A DNA stretch of 63,658 nucleotides, the filler included, from Octopus bimaculoides (Eukaryota), in assembly GCF_001194135.2 (NCBI RefSeq). It is 5 parts of 4 records of this genome, joined end to end, with 100 filler letters (N's around TTAATTAATTAA, not from the genome) between each part and the next. Parts side by side here need not be neighbours in the genome. Positions count along the whole stretch, not along the records: positions 1 to 25,197 come from NC_068981.1; positions 25,298 to 52,486 come from NC_068984.1; 3 more parts are not named here. The stretch is one strand, 5' to 3'. The notes beneath the pieces were generated by a model that saw only the letters and a program-made list of their open reading frames with translations, was not told where the DNA came from and did no database searches. Of the stretch, positions 13,338 through 25,397 are shown one piece after another (within the stretch, counting starts at the first letter, position 1; each line of letters starts with the position of its first letter). The position numbers and the translations under genes were made by a program.

Positions 13338-14329
13338 NNNNNNNNNNNNNNNNNNNNNNNNNNNNNNNNNNNNNNNNNNNNNNNNNNNNNNNNNNNNNNN
13401 NNNNNNNNNNNNNNNNNNNNNNNNNNNNNNNNNNNNNNNNNNNNNNNNNNNNNNNNNNNNNNNNNNNNNNNNNNNNNNNNNNNNNNNNNNNNNNNNNNNN
13501 NNNNNNNNNNNNNNNNNNNNNNNNNNNNNNNNNNNNNNNNNNNNNNNNNNNNNNNNNNNNNNNNNNNNNNNNNNNNNNNNNNNNNNNNNNNNNNNNNNNN
13601 NNNNNNNNNNNNNNNNNNNNNNNNNNNNNNNNNNNNNNNNNNNNNNNNNNNNNNNNNNNNNNNNNNNNNNNNNNNNNNNNNNNNNNNNNNNNNNNNNNNN
13701 NNNNNNNNNNNNNNNNNNNNNNNNNNNNNNNNNNNNNNNNNNNNNNNNNNNNNNNNNNNNNNNNNNNNNNNNNNNNNNNNNNNNNNNNNNNNNNNNNNNN
13801 NNNNNNNNNNNNNNNNNNNNNNNNNNNNNNNNNNNNNNNNNNNNNNNNNNNNNNNNNNNNNNNNNNNNNNNNNNNNNNNNNNNNNNNNNNNNNNNNNNNN
13901 NNNNNNNNNNNNNNNNNNNNNNNNNNNNNNNNNNNNNNNNNNNNNNNNNNNNNNNNNNNNNNNNNNNNNNNNNNNNNNNNNNNNNNNNNNNNNNNNNNNN
14001 NNNNNNNNNNNNNNNNNNNNNNNNNNNNNNNNNNNNNNNNNNNNNNNNNNNNNNNNNNNNNNNNNNNNNNNNNNNNNNNNNNNNNNNNNNNNNNNNNNNN
14101 NNNNNNNNNNNNNNNNNNNNNNNNNNNNNNNNNNNNNNNNNNNNNNNNNNNNNNNNNNNNNNNNNNNNNNNNNNNNNNNNNNNNNNNNNNNNNNNNNNNN
14201 NNNNNNNNNNNNNNNNNNNNNNNNNNNNNNNNNNNNNNNNNNNNNNNNNNNNNNNNNNNNNNNNNNNNNNNNNNNNNNNNNNNNNNNNNNNNNNNNNNNN
14301 NNNNNNNNNNNNNNNNNNNNNNNNNNNNN

Positions 14330-14367
<38 letters not shown>

Positions 14368-15409
14368 TATGTGTGTGTGTGTGTGTGCGTCTGTGTATAC
14401 AAATTTTGTGTATGTAATATATACATATATCTACTATATATGGAAACGTATATAGTAGACATACAAAGATATTGATCTAATTTATTTTTCGCCTGTAGAT
14501 TAAAAATAATCACGAATAACTTTAATCGCGTTTTTGCCCCTTGTCGTCTGATGAAATGTCAGTAAGAGATGTCTACATCACTGACTAATCCCAGAGAAAC
14601 AAGTGACCACTTCACACACAAGTACTCATATTAACGTTGGTTTTTTTTGCGTCAAATTATATACGCAAGCAATTTAACACTAAACTGAAGGATTACTCAG
14701 TACTATCTAGTGCAGTACATACTTATTAATTCTGGCAAGAGAAAAAGACTGACTTCGCTGTCTAACGACGGTGAGACAGTCACAACATGGATGTTACGGG
14801 CAGCTGTTTCCTTGTAAAAATATATGTGGGAGGCTTGTATACACACACACACACTCACACACGCACACGCATACATACATACAAACACTGACTACACACC
14901 CACCAATAATTACTAGAAATACAAACACTACACTTTACGTAAAAATAAGTCCCAGACGAGGCGAGATAAACATCATCCACTCAATAAAAATGACACGGAA
15001 ACCACTAAACAAACACAAGTGTGATATACACACTTTGAAGGATACAGTTAAACCATCTGCACTGCGATGTAAAATCTCACGCCTGAAGGTCACAATAGCG
15101 TGAAATTCGAATCGCGAGACAAACATGCACTTTACATGTGGGGTGTAGGTGTGTGTGTAGAACAAATAGTATGAGATTATCAATCTGAGCAAAATACTTC
15201 ATAAGCTCCAGGCTAACAATGTTACGCTGATTAGTGAAGAACTCCCGGTAATTTTCTGGTGGGGTCTAAGGCTATGGTTTATCACAATTCTATATCTGTG
15301 GAGGGACTCCAGACAAACTGATATATAAATAAAACAAGTTTAGAATAATGGTCATTACATATTATTCCTTTAGTGGAGCAAATTTGGTTTACAGCTGTTT
15401 CCAGTAGTC

Positions 15410-15709
15410 GTTATAGGTACATACTGATAGGTTTACTCAACTAACGCGGAGTAGATGGACAGGGACAACTGACGAAGGGAAATATTCTTTATGTTGCATG
15501 TCTCGTTTCTTTGTTTTTTTCGTTGTTCGAAAAAAAGATCGTTTTCTGTTTTATTTCTTATTGTGTTTAACGTTTTTTTGTTTTTGTGATATCATGTACC
15601 CATATATGCATGTATGTATTCATATAGATGTAGGTATGTACATACATGTATGGATATATGCATATATTTATATATCATTTATCTTATTATATATACATAC
15701 ATACATACA

Positions 15710-15740
<31 letters not shown>
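15410..15740 (+). mobile_element. Family G repeat (Penelope-like terminus?) ending in a TA/TACA microsatellite
   Basis: ctgacgaagggaaatattc...catgta.atagatg.aggtatgtacata matches 34833-35090, 24250-24640 and 55440-55715. Confidence 0.6.
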
Positions 15741-15795
<55 letters not shown>

Positions 15796-16449
15796 NNNNN
15801 NNNNNNNNNNNNNNNNNNNNNNNNNNNNNNNNNNNNNNNNNNNNNNNNNNNNNNNNNNNNNNNNNNNNNNNNNNNNNNNNNNNNNNNNNNNNNNNNNNNN
15901 NNNNNNNNNNNNNNNNNNNNNNNNNNNNNNNNNNNNNNNNNNNNNNNNNNNNNNNNNNNNNNNNNNNNNNNNNNNNNNNNNNNNNNNNNNNNNNNNNNNN
16001 NNNNNNNNNNNNNNNNNNNNNNNNNNNNNNNNNNNNNNNNNNNNNNNNNNNNNNNNNNNNNNNNNNNNNNNNNNNNNNNNNNNNNNNNNNNNNNNNNNNN
16101 NNNNNNNNNNNNNNNNNNNNNNNNNNNNNNNNNNNNNNNNNNNNNNNNNNNNNNNNNNNNNNNNNNNNNNNNNNNNNNNNNNNNNNNNNNNNNNNNNNNN
16201 NNNNNNNNNNNNNNNNNNNNNNNNNNNNNNNNNNNNNNNNNNNNNNNNNNNNNNNNNNNNNNNNNNNNNNNNNNNNNNNNNNNNNNNNNNNNNNNNNNNN
16301 NNNNNNNNNNNNNNNNNNNNNNNNNNNNNNNNNNNNNNNNNNNNNNNTATATTGATAGAAATGGTAAGACAACAAAAGAAGGGAAGAGATCTCGATATTA
16401 TGTAAATAGAGGAATTTATCTGTAAATAATATGTGACAATTATTCGGTA

Positions 16450-16519
16450 GCCATGATAAAACTCCGAGTTTCGGATGTCGGGGCGGAAACCCACGCCGGC
16501 ATCTCTTCAGTTATCTGGC
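16450..16519 (-). ncRNA. Type I hammerhead ribozyme motif, probably Penelope-like element associated
   Basis: Minus strand reads GCCA-GATAA / CTGAAGA / GATGCCGGCGTGGGTTTCCGCCCCGACATCC / GAAA / CTC-G-GAG-T-T / TTATC-A-TGGC. Helix I is 9 bp with one bulge, the core is CUGAAGA...GAAA, helix II is long, helix III is ACUC/GAGU, and the cleavage triplet is GUU. Confidence 0.8.
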
Positions 16520-17227
16520 CATTGATGGCCAATCGTCACTAAATCGATTAAGGGTACCAATCAGCATCAGCATTGCTGTGTGTAGTGTCACATACACGTA
16601 TATATATGTGCATATTTTTATATTATATACATGTACATGTCTGTCCGTATGCCTTTGTGTGTGTGTGTGAGTGTGTGTTTGTCTCTGTGTGTGTCTGTGT
16701 CTGTGCATGCGTGTGTGTTTGCGTATTACAATGCAAATTAATGAAGCAAATAAGCTATTTACAAAAGTTTACTTTATCTCATAATTTATATATATGAGTG
16801 AGTGAAGAGGGGGGGTATACGTGTGTGTGCGCGCGCGTGCGTGCGTGCTCCGGCACGGTTGAGTTAAAATTGTTCGCAAAGCAAGCACAACTGCAGTTTG
16901 TTTTGGAATATATTGCTATACATAAGAAGAGTCTAGGAATTTTAAATAGTGATGACTACTGACTGATAGAAGTGTAACATGAACTCCAGCATAAAATAAT
17001 CTGATTCAAGCAGCGACGATTCTACTGACCTCATTCTTATTGTTATTTCTCGCTATCTCTCACACTCTCTCTCTGACCTCTCTCCTCCTCTCACTCTCCC
17101 CTTCCTAGCACTCTCTTTCTCTCTCTCTCTCTCTTTTTCTTGTTTCTCTTTTTCTTTCCACTCTTGATCTCTACAAGAATGGCACAGGAATTGTGTCAAC
17201 AACCAACTGTAATAGCTGTTAAATAGT

Positions 17228-17304
<77 letters not shown>

Positions 17305-17307
<3 letters not shown>

Positions 17308-17802
17308 GGGTTTCAAATTTTGACACAAGGGCAGCCATTTTTGGGGAGGGGATGAGTCGATTACATCGACCCCAGAGTTTCACTGATTCTTAATTTATCG
17401 ACTCCGATACTTTTACTTGTTTTAGTCATTTGACTGCGGCCATGTTGGAGCACCGCCTTTAGTCGAGTAAATCGACCCCAGGACTTATTTTTTGTAAGTC
17501 TAGTACTTATTCTATCGGTCTGTTTTGCCGAACCGCTAAGTTATGGGGGCGTAAACACTCCAGCATCGGTTGTCAAGCGATGTTGGGGGACAAACACAGA
17601 CACACAAACATACACACACATATATGTATACATATATACGACAGGCTTCTTTCAGTTTCCGTCTACCAAATCCACTCACAAGGCTTTGGTCGGCCCGAGG
17701 CTATAGTTGAAGACACTTGCCCAAGATGCCACGCAGTGGGACTGAACCCGGAACCATGTGGTTCGTAAGCAAGCTACTTACCACACAGCCACTCCTACGC
17801 CT
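17305..17802 (-). mobile_element. SINE C (17408-17802) abutting a partial SINE B tail (17305-17405)
   Basis: Family C head aggcgtaggagtggctgtgtggtaag and tail gcggtgctccaacatggccgcagtc. Confidence 0.88.
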
Positions 17803-17809
17803 TGTTGAA

Positions 17810-17900
17810 TAATATCATATGTTGAATAATATCATAACTGATCCCCCTGTATTTTCTTTTACCCACAGCCAGTAACTGTTTAGCACCCACTCGTATATGT
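17810..17900 (+). mobile_element. 3' end of the same mariner MITE as 12560
   Basis: gatccccctgtattttcttttaccc..agccag.aactgtttagcacccactcgta. Confidence 0.6.
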
Positions 17901-18797
17901 TTATTTATATATATATATTATATATATATATATATATATATCATAATGTCAAGGTATCAAGAGGTAGTGCTAAAGCGAGGGAAGGATTAAATCTACGTTG
18001 TTTGAAAAAGGAAATCAGGTCGTCATAACTGGAACGGTTTTGATTGGAGGCATACTGAAACTTAGACTGACTTTGGACTGAACAACAATATATTACATAG
18101 AGAGTGAATTGTTGCTCTGACTTTCTGTTTTACGTCAACTTTATTCAACCCAGGAGATATAAAACGAATACAGCCAGTCGAAGTCTGGGTGTGACACTGA
18201 AATCCGGCACACCTGATGCATTATGCCTCTGCCTTTTTTTTTTTTCTTGGTGGAATTTAACCAAGTGTAAAATGTTGCACCTATGATGGTTAAGATATAT
18301 GCGGTCCATTAAAATTATACAACTCAACGAATGCTGGGGAAAATATGACGTGGAGGGAAATCCACAAGGAAAGAAAATTTTAGCATGAACAACGACGATG
18401 ACGTTGTTAAGCTAAGAAAATAATGCAAAAGACTGTTTAGCTCTGGCTATACTTAAAAATACAATACATCATTTACAAAATATTATAAAGGAAAGTCCGG
18501 CAAAGATGTGCTTCTCTTGATTACTAAATCTACCAACTAGATTTCTTCTCGGTTATTCGATTCATGTTTTGAAATTACATGTTAGTGCTGCCTTCTCTTC
18601 GTCTGATTGCACCATAAAAATTTAGTATCAACCTAAGAAATATAAAAGAAAAAGGGAAGTCAACATCGCCGAGATTTGCACAAACGAAAAGGGAAGTAAC
18701 TGAATACAGCAAGGAATTTAATACTGTTCATCACTATTTCTGACATACCTGCACAATCAACGTTAAATAATAAATTATATCTGACATTGGTACATGA

Positions 18798-19186
18798 TTG
18801 TTGTTGTTGTTGGCACTCCGTCGCTTACGACGACGAGGGTTCCAGTTGATCCCATCAACGGAACAGCCTGCTCGTGAAATTAACGTGCAAGTGGCTGAGC
18901 ACTCCACAGACACGTGTACCCTTAACGTAGTTCACGGGGATATTCAGCGTGCACAGTGTGACAAGGCTGGCCCTTTGAATTACAGGTACAACAGAAACAG
19001 GAAGTAAGAGTAAGAGAAAGTTGTGGTGAAAGAGTACAGCAAGGTTCGCCACCATCTCCTGACGGAGCCTCGTGGAGCTTTAGGTGTTTTCGCTCAATAA
19101 ACACTCACAACGCCCGGTCTGGGAATCGAAACCGCGATCCTATGACCACGAGTCCGCTGCCCTAACCACTGGGCCATTGCGCCTCC
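18798..19186 (-). mobile_element. SINE family A
   Basis: Reverse-complement full-length homologue of 7703-8096. Confidence 0.92.
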
Positions 19187-20114
19187 GGCACATGATTACA
19201 AGCTCTGAAAGAAGGTTGTAGTCGGTTGACTTGTAACATTGTTCTTGATTTCCGAAGGTATGAAAGGTAAAGTTGATCTCGATGGAGTATGATGTTGGTG
19301 AGATTTTAAACAGAGAGACATAAAGAGATGTAACTATACATCACACGATATTTCCGTCCGATAACCTGTCCTTTCTACTTCTCCAAAATATCGCTATGTT
19401 TGTTTATCAAGACAATTTAGACTAGATGGATTAGCAGAATCATTACAACGCCAAACAAGACGCTTTTCGATATATAGTTAAGGCCTTTTACGTTCTCAGT
19501 TCAAACCCCATCGAGGCAACCTTTGCCGTCTTTACTTTGAGCTCGGTAAAATAATGTACCATTTCTATAAATGTGATCGGTTTATTGCATTATTATGCAT
19601 TCTAAATGTGAATGACATTACCACAGATGATGAAGGCTACCTTACGTTGGCGAAACGCTAATGAATGATATGCAACTGCCATTAAGCAACAAGAGAAAAC
19701 CTATTAAGAACATTATTAACGCAGTGGACATTTGTATCCCGAGACTGCAGCATTGTGAAGATAAATGTTGACTGTATCAAGACATAATTCATAGCATCAA
19801 TAGCACACAGATATGTCCGAATTGCTATTCATTTCCAACAAACTATTAAATCATGGCAAGGAACTATATACAATGGATTTGGGCTGCAAGATGAGAATTA
19901 TAAGAACCAACGAAGTTGAACATATCTACATCATTGCAAGCAAGAAATATAGACATATTGGTGGATTAGTCGAGTGAAAATTTCCTTGATATATATATTC
20001 ACATATCAGACCAGCTATTGTTCCATTGACGAATATGTGTATGTATGTATGTATGTATGTATGTATGTATGTATGTATGTATGTATGTATGTATGCAATT
20101 ATGTGTGTGTGTTC

Positions 20115-20160
<46 letters not shown>

Positions 20161-20609
20161 AAGCATGTTTATTATTGGGGCAGTTAGTTACTTCAATATT
20201 ACATCAAAGTGAAAAGATGAATGTATGTAATCATATGATGGAGAAGCTAGTTATTGTCTACCTACAGACGCGCGCGCGCGAGCATACACATATACATGTA
20301 CGCTCGTATGTATGTATGTATGTATGGTATAGTACGGTATGTATGTAGCTCTCATAATTCACTCGTAAATACAGAAGTCACAAGAAGTTCGAAACATCTA
20401 TTGAAAGAAAAAAATATAATTTTTAATTATTATGAAATGTCCATGATATGAACTCTAACAAACCTATCGCCACCCAAATAATAATTTCTTCTAAATTTGT
20501 GGGAAGAGTATAAGTCAATGAAGTCGAACCCTGTCTTTGATCGGTATTTCATTTTATCGACCAGGAGAGCATGAGAGGTAACGTTGACCCCGGCAAAATT
20601 GACTCCGTT

Positions 20610-21130
20610 TGGTCTCCATCCTCATACGTACAACTACTTACTGATTCTTATGGTGGAATTTACTCGGGGTGGATTGAGCCGGTTCCGATCAACGAGTTTA
20701 CCTCGTTCCTCACGAATGCTGACCACATCCGACGGTCAACCGCAGTCGTGGCCGTAGCGTGGACGCCGTAACCGTATTCGTCATTTGCTGTCGAGGTGTA
20801 GAGTTCACGTTCGGAGTTACATTGGAAATACAAGTTCACATGTGGTGCCCGGTCACATGAATACACACTTTGGGATAGTGTGATCCGCAGTAGTTCATCT
20901 TGCTGTAGATTGCCGACCGTCATAGTAGATTCGCTGACCAAGTCACGGCCGATTATCAGAGCAGTCATAGCCTGGGTTTGAGGCGGGTCCTAGAGACATA
21001 TTTTCATAAAAGCTAAGGAATGCCTCACTTCTAGTGATCTTCCATCAGGCCGGATATCAACCCGGAATTTCTGAGGGCCCGTGATATCCTCATAAGTGGA
21101 CAGCGTGGTGCTCCTGTGGACTGGGATATT
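20610..21130 (-). pseudogene. Possible highly degenerate Gypsy-type pol relic (protease to RT start)
   Basis: GC-richer island; minus frames give ..TGA.., DGRSLEVR, LIIGRDL (protease-like) and EVNSLIGTGSIHPS...VVVR (like the E...L...GII.PS.S...P.V.V RT N-terminus); several stops and frameshifts. Confidence 0.35.
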
Positions 21131-21770
21131 TCCTGTAGTTTAGTGACTGTCCTTGTCTTCGCAGGTTGAGGCTGGGAGAAGAGATTTTTGGATCACAAGG
21201 CTCCCACCGTGTAACGAAGACGCAGCAATTTCGTTTACCGGTTTACGAATCATGCTTTGTGTCGCCCAAGGACAGGCAACGTTCATTTATTACCATTGCT
21301 TTTGCTCTTTTTACTTTCTATACTGAAAGATTTTAGATGGATTTAACTACTTTTCTATCTTAGATGTTAAGCATCCTTTGCAAGACAGTTCTAGTATTGT
21401 TTTGAGGTTTTGCAGGATTACGAGAGCTTATATGGATAGATATGGTAACCCCACCCTAACAGATAACGCCAAATGTTAAACCTGTACGTTATGTATCACC
21501 AAGCGGACGACTATATACTGTGGCATATGTCTTTCCCATCCAAAGAAGGACATTTCAACTAAGATTTCCACAAGAGCTGTTTCCAACTTGTGTTTGGGTG
21601 AGAAAAGATAGCCTGCTGTGTTATTCAAAAGACAAAGTTAATTCACTATTTTTCTCTACAGGTCAATGTACGAAAATAATCTTTCAGTAAAATGTTCCAA
21701 ATCGAAAAGTTTTCTGTTCGAGAGAGTACTGACAAATGACAACTTTTTGCAGTCCATGCTTACACCGGAA

Positions 21771-21810
<40 letters not shown>

Positions 21811-22224
21811 NNNNNNNNNNNNNNNNNNNNNNNNNNNNNNNNNNNNNNNNNNNNNNNNNNNNNNNNNNNNNNNNNNNNNNNNNNNNNNNNNNNNNNNNNN
21901 NNNNNNNNNNNNNNNNNNNNNNNNNNNNNNNNNNNNNNNNNNNNNNNNNNNNNNNNNNNNNNNNNNNNNNNNNNNNNNNNNNNNNNNNNNNNNNNNNNNN
22001 NNNNNNNNNNNNNNNNNNNNNNNNNNNNNNNNNNNNNNNNNNNNNNNNNNNNNNNNNNNNNNNNNNNNNNNNNNNNNNNNNNNNNNNNNNNNNNNNATCT
22101 TGCTAGTGATGTTTAAAAAAACCCAATAAACTTCGTCCCAAAAGAAAACATAAACTTTATCATTTTCTCTTTTTTGTTTTTCAAGCCCTGTAAGAGGAGT
22201 TTCCGAAGTGTAGGAAGTTATCAG

Positions 22225-22283
<59 letters not shown>

Positions 22284-22289
22284 TGATGA

Positions 22290-22500
22290 TGATAATCCTT
22301 TCTACTAAAGGCACAAGGCCTGAAATCTGGTGGGGAGGATCGACCCCAGTGTTTCACTGGTACTTAATTTATCAACCCCGAAAGGATGAAAGGCAAAGTC
22401 GACGTCGGCGGAATTTAAACTCAGAACGTAGCGAGGAGTGAAATACCGCTAAGCATTTCGTCCAGTATGCTAACGATTCTGCCAAGCTTGCCGCCTTATT
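22290..22500 (-). mobile_element. SINE B (ggccttgtgcc tail variant, B2) with (ATT)n tail
   Basis: Family B body; AAT array at 22227-22295. Confidence 0.88.
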
Positions 22501-22508
22501 AATAATAA

Positions 22509-23700
22509 AATATCTTGAAACATCTAACGACTGGATGCTCAAGCTCGTTGAAAACCACAAGAGACATAAGAAGTTTCATTCTGTTATGAAAGAGAGCAAA
22601 AAGATTTCTAATGAGTTTAGGCTTAATACCTAGGTTGAACAGCATGATGCAAGTGCGGCAACTGTAGTTACAAAGAAGATGAAATCAATTGAAAAGCAAA
22701 ATGCGCTTGAACAATTGGCTGATAGGTGGGAAGAAAAACCTCTACATGGCGAATATGTGGCCCGTAGCAAACAAGCTGATGTAGACAAGAAGTGGCTACG
22801 GAGCTCAGGACTAAAGGCAGAGAGTGAAGGCTTTTTCTTGGCTGCTCAAGATCAGAGCTTATTGAGCCGGAGCTATCAAGTCAATGTGATGAAAAATGGT
22901 GCCAATACTGCAACGATGGAGCTGAAACAATGGACCACCTAATCTCTAGGTGTAAGTTTCTAGCACCTGTAGAGTACAAATCAAGATATGACAGAGTTGG
23001 CCAATATCTACAATGGATAATATGTCGGCATTATAAAATCAAAACTGCTGACAAACGGTACAAGCACCATCCTGAGGTTGTAACTGAGGGAGAAAATGTA
23101 ACAATTCTTTGGGACTTTCCAGTATGTACGGACCGGTCTATCAAGGTAAATAAACCAGATATTGTGAAAAATCAAAATAATAAAGTCTGTTTATTGATTG
23201 ACATGACCATAATATCTCGGCAAAAGAATTTGATTAACTCAGAAAGCAAAAAGATTTGCTAATCGAAATCGAAAAGATGTGGCATCTCAAGACGGTTACA
23301 ATACTAGTGATTGTAGGAGCACTTGGAATGATCAAAAAGGGAATGCTCAAAAAGGGAATGATCAAAAAGGGAATGATCCCTAGTTTACCATCTGTGCAGG
23401 AAGTGCAAAAGATTATCTTAACTGGTACGTCACACGTATTGAGAACAGCACTGTCGCTGTGAATTTTCTTCCCTTTTCCCCTTTATTTTCTTTCTTTACT
23501 TTTTATTTTTTATTTTTTCGTTTTTCTCTGTCTTTCTTCCTCTTTTTCTCTGTCACATGACTTTGTAAATGAACAATCCAGTGTGCTTATTTTAATGGTC
23601 TACCAATGTATACAGTGTATTTCTCTTCCCTAGGTGTCAGAGCAAGTAATGGAAACTGAATTGAAAGAAGATGATAATGAAAATAATAACAATAATAATA
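22509..23700 (+). mobile_element. R4/Dong-clade (RLE) non-LTR retrotransposon, 5'-truncated 3' fragment
   Basis: Frames give W.EKPLHGEY, WLRSSGLKAESEGFFLAAQDQSL, a partial CCHC knuckle (CNDGAETMDHLISRC), ILWDFPV.TDR.IK.NKPDIV...CLLIDM (PD-(D/E)xK endonuclease) and VGALG...LQK..LTGTSHVLR; frameshifted; U-rich 3' UTR and AAT tail. Confidence 0.92.
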
Positions 23701-23918
23701 ATCCTTTCTACTATAGGCACAAGGCCTGAAATTTGGGGAGAGGGGACTAAACGATTAAATCGACTCCAGTGTTTCACTGGTACTTAATTTATCGACTCCG
23801 AAAAGAATGAAAATCAAAGTCGACCTCGGCTGAATGTAAACTCATATGTAAGGACGGACGAAGTGCCACGAAGCATTCTGCCCGGCGTGCTAACAATTCT
23901 GCCAGCTCGCCGCCTTTA
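23700..23918 (-). mobile_element. SINE B2
   Basis: Family B body and head ggcggcgagctggcagaattgttagcacg. Confidence 0.88.
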
Positions 23919-23923
23919 TCTGT

Positions 23924-23999
<76 letters not shown>

Positions 24000-24200
24000 T
24001 GATGATAATGAAGATTTCTAAAATAGACACAAAGCTAGAAATATTTAGGAATGGGTGTAGTCATTAAATTGACCCCTTAGAACTTGATTGGCATTTATCT
24101 TTTCGACCCCAGAAATATGACTAGCGAAATTAATGTCATACCATTTTACGATTTTCTTCCTATTATGTGTATGTGTATGAGCGCATGCGTGTAGGCATTC

Positions 24201-24249
<49 letters not shown>

Positions 24250-24254
<5 letters not shown>

Positions 24255-24645
24255 CAAAGAATATATATGCATGTATACACACATATATGTACATACTTAC
24301 AATAACATGTGTATATAGATGCATATCAAGGTACAGGACGTTAGAAAAATGAACTACAGACAACGGAATGAACACATAGGAAAACAGATAGTCACTTGGA
24401 ATTATTCCTTCATCAGCTGCCTCTATTCTAGCTAGGCATTTTGAAGATAAGGCAGAACGCACTCTAGAATAATCTCTTCCTGAGTAGTGGATCGACCCAC
24501 TAAACAGAGGATTCCAAGGTGGCAAACACAAACCAAGACAGGAAAAAATGGACAGTGAAAACAACATTAAAAAGCCGTAGGGCCAAACGCGAATCTGATG
24601 TTGAACGCTAGTGATAGGACGAAGCTGGACGGAGAAAAAACAGTT
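24250..24645 (-). mobile_element. Family G repeat flanked by (TA)n on both sides
   Basis: Minus strand aatagaggcagctgatgaaggaataattcc matches 34853-34880. Confidence 0.7.
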
Positions 24646-24646
24646 C

Positions 24647-24683
<37 letters not shown>

Positions 24684-25135
24684 TATATATATTGTCCATA
24701 ATACACAGCACGACTACTTCCTAAAGATGCCACTTTCCGATCGTCATTCAACTTTAGTTACAATTGTTATGCTGTGAATAGCCATGCCGAAATTCCTCCT
24801 CTCACCTGCCTAAATTTGTTGCTTATTATATCTATGTGTTTTCCTGATTTATCTTTTACCGTTTATAACTATATATTTTTATTCTTTTACGGTTCATGAT
24901 TTTTTTCGAATATTTCCAATTCTTCTTCTTCACCCGTCAAAAAGTTTTTCCTAGTCTTTTTATATATTCAAAATGACGATGTTTAGTACATTCTTCAAAT
25001 ATAGTTCGAGGATCGGTGATGTGAAACTTCGAGGATCGGTGATGTGAAACTTCGAGTAAATCGTCAGCTTCAGTAATTATAGCACTATACTTTTGGTATT
25101 GAGTACTCTGTTTTCTTTTTGTTTAAATTCACGTA

Positions 25136-25178
<43 letters not shown>

Positions 25179-25241
25179 GTTGGAAAGCCAGCCTATTNNN
25201 NNNNNNNNNNNNNNNNNNNNNNNNNNNNNNNNNNNNNNNNN

Positions 25242-25253
25242 TTAATTAATTAA
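25242..25253. other. Assembly spacer TTAATTAATTAA centred in a 100-bp gap (also 52531-52542, 59772-59783, 61920-61931)
   Basis: Identical 12-mer palindrome with stops in all six frames, flanked by 44 N on each side. Confidence 0.95.
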
Positions 25254-25297
25254 NNNNNNNNNNNNNNNNNNNNNNNNNNNNNNNNNNNNNNNNNNNN

Positions 25298-25331
<34 letters not shown>

Positions 25332-25357
25332 CACACACATGGATATATTTATACATA

Positions 25358-25397
<40 letters not shown>

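Noticed and set aside
14548-14610. CTGATGA...GAGAAAC with an internal gtcagt/actgac stem
   Set aside because: The triplet would be GUG (not NUH) and helix I does not pair; not called a hammerhead.
14765-14830. Minus-strand 57-nt exon-like segment ETAARNIHVVTVSPSLDSE
   Set aside because: Splice signals are plausible, but it overlaps a recurring cagctgtttc repeat motif and has no recognisable homology.
18050-18780. Unique A-rich region with short open frames, also 19600-19980
   Set aside because: Could be a decayed transposase, but no recognisable motif was found.
19622-19670. ATGATGAAGG...GCGAAACGCT hammerhead-like string
   Set aside because: Core and helices are too degenerate to support.
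25005-25056. 23-bp tandem duplication ttcgaggatcggtgatgtgaaac
   Set aside because: Real but consistent with an ordinary slippage duplication; no further structure.
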